A stretch of DNA of 64,000 nucleotides from an uncultured Pelagibacteraceae bacterium (GTDB taxonomy: Bacteria; Pseudomonadota; Alphaproteobacteria; Pelagibacterales; Pelagibacteraceae): the NCBI GenBank assembly GCA_902516395.1, contig CABXYN010000003.1:13355-77354 (forward strand), written 5' to 3'. A program made the translations under genes and the position numbers. Below, one piece after another: positions 58,090-64,000 of the stretch (its first letter is position 1; the number at the start of each line of letters is the position of its first letter). The notes beneath the pieces are model-generated. The model ran no database searches and had not been told where the DNA came from. It worked only from the letters and a program-made list of their open reading frames with translations.

Positions 58090-60312
58090 ATGAAAATTAA
58101 TAAAGTAGTAGTCATAGGATCAGGTACAATGGGTAGTGGAATAGCTGCTCAATTATGTAATGCAAATGTTCCAGTAACACTCTTAGACTTAACCACTGAA
58201 ATTTCTGAAAAAGCTAGAGAAAGAATTTTTAAGTCCAGACCTCCTTTATTAATAGATAAGTCAAAAATAAATAATATTAATGTTGGAAATATAAATGATA
58301 ATTTAAACGAAGTCGGTGAAGCAGACTGGATAGTTGAAGCTGTCGTCGAGAGAATTGATATTAAACATAATATTTATGAAAAAATTTTTAAAGAAAGAAA
58401 AAAAGGATCAATAGTTTCTTCAAATACATCTTCTATTCCAATTAAAGTTCTTTCAGAGAAACTTTCAGATGATGAAAAAAAAGATTTTTGTATAACTCAC
58501 TTCTTTAATCCAGTTAGATATATGGATTTGTTAGAAATTGTAAAAAATGAAAATAATGATTTAGATCAAATAAACTCACTTAAAAGTTTTTGTGAAAAAG
58601 ATTTAGGAAAAGGAGCATTAATTTGTAATGATACTCCAGGATTTTTAGGAAATAGAATTGGTGTCTACGCTATGCAAGTGGCTATGACTGAAGCTTTTAA
58701 AATGAAATTAACCATTGAAGAAGCTGATGCTGTTTTTGGAAGACCAATGGGAATACCAAAAACAGGTGTTTTTGGACTCTATGATTTAATTGGAATTGAT
58801 TTGATGGCTGATGTTTTAAAAAGTTTTATAAAAGAGCTTCCAGAAACTGATGACTTTCAAGTTGTAGCGAAAGAAATACCATTAGTTAAAAAACTTATAG
58901 AAACAGGGTACACTGGGAGAAAAGGAAAGGGTGGTTTCTATAGAATGAATAAGTCCGATAATAAAAAAATTCTAGAGGGTATAAGCTTAGAAACAGGTGA
59001 ATATTCGCTATCTAAAAAGTTCAATTTAGGATCAGAAAAAATGGATATTGTTGGTCTTATAAACAGAAAAGATAAATATGGTGAATACGCTTGGTCTGTA
59101 ATTTCAAAAATTATTAAATATGCTTCATCTTTAGTTCCAGGCATTACAGATAAATTTAATGATATCGACGAAGCAATGAGACTAGGGTTTAACTGGTCTA
59201 AGGGACCTTTTGAAATGTTAAAAGTAATCGGTGTTAAGGATTTTTTTGAAAGAATAGATACATTTGAAAACAATAAGTTTCTTGAAAACTTATCACAAAG
59301 TAAAGACGAAAACTTTTATGGTGAAAGACAACAATACACAGATTTAGAAACTTTAGGAAAAATAAAACCTAGAGCAACTAAATTAGATAAAAATAACTCT
59401 GCTGAGACCTATAGATTTGATGATTTTAATATTGTTGAATTCACAACTAAGGCTAATGCTTTAGATTATGACTCAATGGATAGCTTAAAAAATGCAACAG
59501 ACAAACCTTTAATAATAATAAATGAGGCAATGCAATTTTCAGCAGGCGTAAATTTGTCTTACACAATGAATTTTGCAGACAAAAGAGATTTTAAATCTAT
59601 TGAAAAGTTTGTTAAATATTTTCAAGAGACCTGTAAACATTTAAAATATTCTAAATATCCAGTTGTATCAGCGCCATCAGGATTGGCATTGGGTGGTGGT
59701 TTTGAGGTTTTATGTCAAAGTAACTTCGTTGCATCCCATACCAATATTGTAGTTGGCTTAGTTGAGACTATGGTTGGATTAATTCCAGCTGGCGGAGGAT
59801 GTAAAGAAATGCTTTGGAGATGGTCTCAAACTGAAGAAGCTAAAAATGATCCTGATTATGCTCCTTTAAAAGTTTTTGATATTATTGGATATGCTAAAAC
59901 TGCAACATCACCAATTGAAGCTGAACCATTAAAATATTTAAGACCAGAGGATAAAAAAATAATGAGTAGAAATAGTTTATTACAGGTTTCTAAAGAGATA
60001 ATTCAAAATAATAAAGATTTTTCTCCTCCAGATGAATGTACATTTAAACTTTCTGGAAAAAGTGTTTATGACAAAATGGTAAAAATGTTAGAAAAATTAT
60101 ATAATGAAAAAATTATTCTTGATCATGGTATGGAAGTTGGAAAAGAGCTAGCAAAAGTTTTAAGTGGTGGAGATACTACTTTAGAAAAAACTTTATCGGA
60201 GGATGATTTATATAAATTAGAGTTAGATGCATTTATGAAGCTAATTGAGACAGAAAAAACTCAAGAAAGAATTAAACATACATTGAAAACTGGTAAACCT
60301 CTGGTAAACTAA
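58090..60312 (+). CDS. 3-hydroxyacyl-CoA dehydrogenase/enoyl-CoA hydratase (FadN-like)
   Basis: GSGTMGSGIA, EAVVE, SSNTS, HFFNPVRYM, DTPGF.GNRIG, ALGGG.E, GLVE..VGLIPAGGG, TGKPLVN. Confidence 0.9.
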   Translation: MKINKVVVIGSGTMGSGIAAQLCNANVPVTLLDLTTEISEKARERIFKSRPPLLIDKSKINNINVGNINDNLNEVGEADWIVEAVVERIDIKHNIYEKIFKERKKGSIVSSNTSSIPIKVLSEKLSDDEKKDFCITHFFNPVRYMDLLEIVKNENNDLDQINSLKSFCEKDLGKGALICNDTPGFLGNRIGVYAMQVAMTEAFKMKLTIEEADAVFGRPMGIPKTGVFGLYDLIGIDLMADVLKSFIKELPETDDFQVVAKEIPLVKKLIETGYTGRKGKGGFYRMNKSDNKKILEGISLETGEYSLSKKFNLGSEKMDIVGLINRKDKYGEYAWSVISKIIKYASSLVPGITDKFNDIDEAMRLGFNWSKGPFEMLKVIGVKDFFERIDTFENNKFLENLSQSKDENFYGERQQYTDLETLGKIKPRATKLDKNNSAETYRFDDFNIVEFTTKANALDYDSMDSLKNATDKPLIIINEAMQFSAGVNLSYTMNFADKRDFKSIEKFVKYFQETCKHLKYSKYPVVSAPSGLALGGGFEVLCQSNFVASHTNIVVGLVETMVGLIPAGGGCKEMLWRWSQTEEAKNDPDYAPLKVFDIIGYAKTATSPIEAEPLKYLRPEDKKIMSRNSLLQVSKEIIQNNKDFSPPDECTFKLSGKSVYDKMVKMLEKLYNEKIILDHGMEVGKELAKVLSGGDTTLEKTLSEDDLYKLELDAFMKLIETEKTQERIKHTLKTGKPLVN

Positions 60313-60316
60313 TATT

Positions 60317-60538
60317 ATGGCAAATAGACCAACAAAAAAACAAGTAGACAACGCAACAAAAATTCTAATATCTTGGAAGAAAAAAATGCCATTTTATTAT
60401 GCTGCAGCTATTATAATTGCTTTAATAATAATTCTAGTTTCTTCAAATTCAAATAAAGAGCTTTCCATGTATCAAAAAAATATCAATGATTTTAAAAAAG
60501 CAGCTGAATTTATTCATAAAAATAGCTCTAAAAATTGA
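60317..60538 (+). CDS. Small hypothetical single-pass membrane protein
   Basis: 73-aa ORF filling the gap between fadN and the ureohydrolase, overlapping the latter's start; one hydrophobic stretch (YYAAAIIIALIIILV). Confidence 0.6.
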   Translation: MANRPTKKQVDNATKILISWKKKMPFYYAAAIIIALIIILVSSNSNKELSMYQKNINDFKKAAEFIHKNSSKN

Positions 60539-61491
60539 AAGATAAAAATAAAAAACCAATCCAACCAGTAAGTGGAACAAAAGTTCCAAGATATGCGGGA
60601 CCATCAACTTTCGCTAGATTGCCAGAATTAAGAGATGTTGAAAGTTGTGATGTAGCAATTGTAGGAGTACCCTTTGACTCTGGAACTAGTTACAGACCCG
60701 GAGCGCGATTTGGACCTCAAAGTATAAGACAAGCTTCAAGACATTTGAGAACAAATTATCATCCAAGTTACGATGTTGAACCATTTAAAGTGCAACAAGT
60801 TGCTGATGCAGGAGATATTGCCTGTAATCCATTTAATATTGATGAAGCTATAAAACAAATAGAAGTTGGTGCTACAGATCTTTTAAATAAAGTTGGAGGG
60901 ATTATTAGTCTTGGCGGTGATCATACAATAGCTGTTCCATTGCTTAGAGCAATTAATAAAAAAAATAAAGGTCCTGTTTCATTAGTCCATTTCGATGCTC
61001 ATCTAGATACTTGGGATACTTATTTTGGAGCACCTTACACACACGGTACACCATTTAGGAGAGCCAGAGAGGAAAATTTATTTTTAGATGATGCATCAAT
61101 GCACGTGGGAATTAGAGGTCCACTCTATAGTAGGGAAGATATCAAGAATGATGAAAGTTTTGGTTTCAAAATAATTCATTGTGATGAATTTCAAACAGAA
61201 GGTATAGACAAAATAGTTGAGAGAATTAGAAATAGAGTAGGAGACAATGCCTTATATTTGTCGATAGACATTGATGTTTTAGATCCAGCTTTTGCTCCTG
61301 GAACTGGTACACCTGAGATAGCAGGTATGACAACTAGAGAAATTGTAAATGTTATAAGAGGATTGTCAGGTTTAAACTTAGTTTCAGCAGATGTAGTTGA
61401 AGTAGCACCAGCATATGATCATGCAGAAGTAACTTCTTTAGCAGCTGCAACAATTGTTTATGAATTGACAAATTTGTTTGCAAAAGCCTAA
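60535..61491 (+). CDS. Ureohydrolase (agmatinase/guanidinobutyrase family)
   Basis: PRYAG..TFARLP, RPGARFGP, GGDHT, HFDAHLD, HGTPF, SIDIDVLDPAFAPGTGTPE; TTG start. Confidence 0.9.
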   Translation: MKDKNKKPIQPVSGTKVPRYAGPSTFARLPELRDVESCDVAIVGVPFDSGTSYRPGARFGPQSIRQASRHLRTNYHPSYDVEPFKVQQVADAGDIACNPFNIDEAIKQIEVGATDLLNKVGGIISLGGDHTIAVPLLRAINKKNKGPVSLVHFDAHLDTWDTYFGAPYTHGTPFRRAREENLFLDDASMHVGIRGPLYSREDIKNDESFGFKIIHCDEFQTEGIDKIVERIRNRVGDNALYLSIDIDVLDPAFAPGTGTPEIAGMTTREIVNVIRGLSGLNLVSADVVEVAPAYDHAEVTSLAAATIVYELTNLFAKA

Positions 61492-61510
61492 AGAATAGAT
61501 AGCTTAATAT

Positions 61511-62944
61511 ATGTTAGAAAAAAGAAATTTTTATATAAATGGTAAATGGGTCGAACCAAAAAATTCTAAAGATATTCAAGTAATAAATCCTGCTACAGAG
61601 AAAAGTTGTGCGGTTATTTCACTGGGTGGAAAAGAAGACGTTGATGATGCAGTATCAGCTGCAAAAACTGCTTTTCAAACTTGGGGTTTCACAAAAAAAG
61701 AGGAGAGGATTAAACTATTAGAAAAGTTTTATGAGCTATATAAAAAAAGATGGAATGACACTACAGAAGCAATAATGATGGAAATGGGAGCTCCAAAAGA
61801 TTTTGCATCCAAACTACAAACTGGTACAGGAGCCAGTCATACGAAATCATTTATAAAGTATCTTAAAGCTTTTGATTTTGAAAAACCTTTAGGAGATCAT
61901 GCACAAGATCAGAGAATTATTTATGAACCCAAAGGAGTTTGTGTTTTAATAACACCATGGAATTGGCCAATGAATCAAGTTTGTTTAAAAGTAATCCCAG
62001 CTTTAGCATCAGGGTGTACTATGATTTTAAAACCTTCTGAGCTAGCACCTTTATCATCAATAATACTTGCAGAACTTATTGATGAGGCAGGTTTTCCAAA
62101 AGGTGTGTTTAATTTAATTAATGGAGATGGAGAAACTACCGGTAATGCACTGACCAGTCATAAAGATGTAAATATGATATCGTTCACAGGCTCAACAAGA
62201 GCAGGAGCTCTAATTTCTCAAAATGCAGCAAAAGATTTTAAGAGAGTAAGTCTTGAATTAGGCGGAAAAGGAGCAAATATTATTTTTAAAGATGCGGACT
62301 CAGAAGCAATTGAAAGAGGAGCTGCAAGGTGTTTTAGAAATTCAGGTCAATCGTGTAATGCACCTACAAGAATGCTGGTAGAAAAATCAATTTATGAAGA
62401 TGCAGTTATGAGATTAAAAAAATTTGCTAATGAATATAAAGTTGATATTCCACAAAAAGAAGGAGATCACATTGGTCCAGTAATATCAGAAACGCAATAT
62501 AATAAAATTCAAGGTTTAATAAAAAAGGGCATAGATGAAGGTGCTAATTTAATAGCAGGGGGACCTGGAAAACCTAATGGTTTAGAAGATGGTTATTACG
62601 TAAAGCCAACTGTTTTTGCTGATGTAAATAATAATATGGAAATTGCCAGAACTGAGATTTTTGGTCCAGTATTATCAGTAATTCCATTTGAAACAGAAGA
62701 AGAGGCAATAGAAATTGCAAATGATACTCCTTATGGTTTGACAAACTATATTCAAACTGAAGATCAAGAAAAAGTAAAAAGAGTTGCAAGAAAACTTAGA
62801 TCAGGAATGATAGTTGCCAATACCGCTTCACTTGCAGTAGATGCTCCATTTGGAGGATTTAAACACTCTGGAATAGGAAGAGAAGGTGGAAAAGAGGGTT
62901 TATTAGAATTTTTAGAAGTAAAATCTATAGGTGGTTGGAATTAA
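61511..62944 (+). CDS. Aldehyde dehydrogenase (CddD-like family), paralogue of 34593-36023
   Basis: ITPWNWP, FTGSTRAG, LELGGKG, NSGQSCNAPTR, EIFGPV. Confidence 0.9.
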   Translation: MLEKRNFYINGKWVEPKNSKDIQVINPATEKSCAVISLGGKEDVDDAVSAAKTAFQTWGFTKKEERIKLLEKFYELYKKRWNDTTEAIMMEMGAPKDFASKLQTGTGASHTKSFIKYLKAFDFEKPLGDHAQDQRIIYEPKGVCVLITPWNWPMNQVCLKVIPALASGCTMILKPSELAPLSSIILAELIDEAGFPKGVFNLINGDGETTGNALTSHKDVNMISFTGSTRAGALISQNAAKDFKRVSLELGGKGANIIFKDADSEAIERGAARCFRNSGQSCNAPTRMLVEKSIYEDAVMRLKKFANEYKVDIPQKEGDHIGPVISETQYNKIQGLIKKGIDEGANLIAGGPGKPNGLEDGYYVKPTVFADVNNNMEIARTEIFGPVLSVIPFETEEEAIEIANDTPYGLTNYIQTEDQEKVKRVARKLRSGMIVANTASLAVDAPFGGFKHSGIGREGGKEGLLEFLEVKSIGGWN

Positions 62945-64000
62945 TTCAAAGATTTATTTTTAACACCATCTAAAAAACATATACATTTTTTAATTTCAGA
63001 TAATTTTATAAACTCATCAATCTTATGAGCTTGCTTTATAGATCCAGGTCCACATACAACTGTACTTATTCCAATTTCTTGAAATAGACCTGCTTCTGTT
63101 CCAAATGAAACTACTTCTCTAGAATTATCACCTGTTATACTTGAAACAAATTCACACGCCTCTGAGTTAGAAATTCTATCGAAACCAATTATTTCACCAA
63201 TAATATGTTTTTTAATTGAAGACTCTGGATAAATTTTTTTCATTTCGGGTAAAAGAATTTCTTTTGTAAATTTATCTATTTCGTCATTTAAAAAAATTCC
63301 ATCTTCTTTAACAACTGGTCTTGTTTCCCAGTTCACATGACATTTATCAGCGATTACATTATGTGCTATGCCACCAAAAATCCCACCAACTTGTAAAGTT
63401 GAGTATGGAGGATCAAAGATAGAGTCTTTAAGCTGTCTTTCTTTAAGTTTTTCTTTTAATTCTAAGAGTTTATTTACATATCTTGCTGCAAATTCAACCG
63501 CACTTACACCTTTATCTGGTTGAGAACTATGACCTGCAAGACCTTCAAAGTAAGTAGTATATTCATAGCATCCTTTGTGTGCATCTATTATTTTCATGTT
63601 AGTTGGTTCACCCACAATACAAATACAATCATGTATTTCCCTTTTTTTTAATTCTTTAATTAAAATAGGCGCGCCTTTACAAGCAGTTTCCTCATCGAAA
63701 GTAAATGAGAAGTGAATATCTCGATCCAAATTTGATGAGGAGAAAATAGGAGCATATGCCAATGCACATGCTATAAATCCTTTCATATCACATGAGCCTC
63801 TACCAAATAGTTTATCTTCTTTAATTGTTGCATCAAAAGGATCTGTTGCCCATCCTTTAGAAACTGGAACCACATCAGTATGACCAGATAGAATTATTGG
63901 TTTTTTGTTACTCTCTTTTTTAGCTTTTATAGTTGAAAATAGATTTACTCTTTTTTCTTCTTCATCATATGTTCTAAAGGATACCGCACCCAATGAATTT
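62941..64000 (-). CDS. argE: Acetylornithine deacetylase-like M20 peptidase (5' end beyond the window)
   Basis: LSGHTDVVP, GRGSCDMKGF, DEE, VGEPT, GHSS, FGTEAG, GPGSI.QAH..DE; the frame stays open to the window edge. Confidence 0.85.
   Translation of the reverse strand, partial: NSLGAVSFRTYDEEEKRVNLFSTIKAKKESNKKPIILSGHTDVVPVSKGWATDPFDATIKEDKLFGRGSCDMKGFIACALAYAPIFSSSNLDRDIHFSFTFDEETACKGAPILIKELKKREIHDCICIVGEPTNMKIIDAHKGCYEYTTYFEGLAGHSSQPDKGVSAVEFAARYVNKLLELKEKLKERQLKDSIFDPPYSTLQVGGIFGGIAHNVIADKCHVNWETRPVVKEDGIFLNDEIDKFTKEILLPEMKKIYPESSIKKHIIGEIIGFDRISNSEACEFVSSITGDNSREVVSFGTEAGLFQEIGISTVVCGPGSIKQAHKIDEFIKLSEIKKCICFLDGVKNKSLN

Noticed and set aside
1805-62789. About 30 short (60-134 aa) ORFs in the track that are antisense or out of frame within longer genes (for example 10802-11104, 19536-19940, 27403-27753, 53750-54130, 58938-59273)
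   Set aside because: Each lies largely or wholly within a gene with clear family motifs and has no recognisable motifs of its own; these are typical shadow ORFs.
1-64000. CRISPR arrays, tRNA/rRNA genes, IS elements, integrases, prophage or defence genes
   Set aside because: Intergenic gaps are all about 115 bp or shorter, with no repeat-spacer pattern or cloverleaf, and no ORF has transposase, integrase, phage or nuclease motifs.

Overview
AT-rich (~30% GC by eye), gene-dense bacterial DNA with tiny or overlapping intergenic spaces, consistent with a streamlined marine alphaproteobacterium of the SAR11/'Ca. Pelagibacter' type (inferred from composition and gene content). The ~60 genes form one large catabolic and uptake region for osmolytes and for methylated N and S compounds. 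It includes a trigonelline/homarine-like (tgn/hom-like) ring-cleavage gene set interrupted by an Xsc-like TPP enzyme, two luciferase-like monooxygenases, and a gamma-butyrobetaine/carnitine-to-betaine pathway. It also has four 2OG-Fe(II) oxygenases, a choline dehydrogenase, two atypical homocysteine methyltransferases, ectoine hydrolase, and a DmdA-containing operon with an alpha-hydroxy-acid oxidase and a TPP enzyme. Transport is covered by three complete ABC importers (ProU-like, Pot-like, Dpp-like), BioY and five DMT/EamA proteins. I saw no transcription factor, mobile element, tRNA, rRNA or CRISPR array. A GC/CpG-rich structured leader upstream of the first luciferase-like operon is a candidate novel cis-regulatory RNA. 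All family calls come from motif recognition and remembered homologue sequences, not from database searches.
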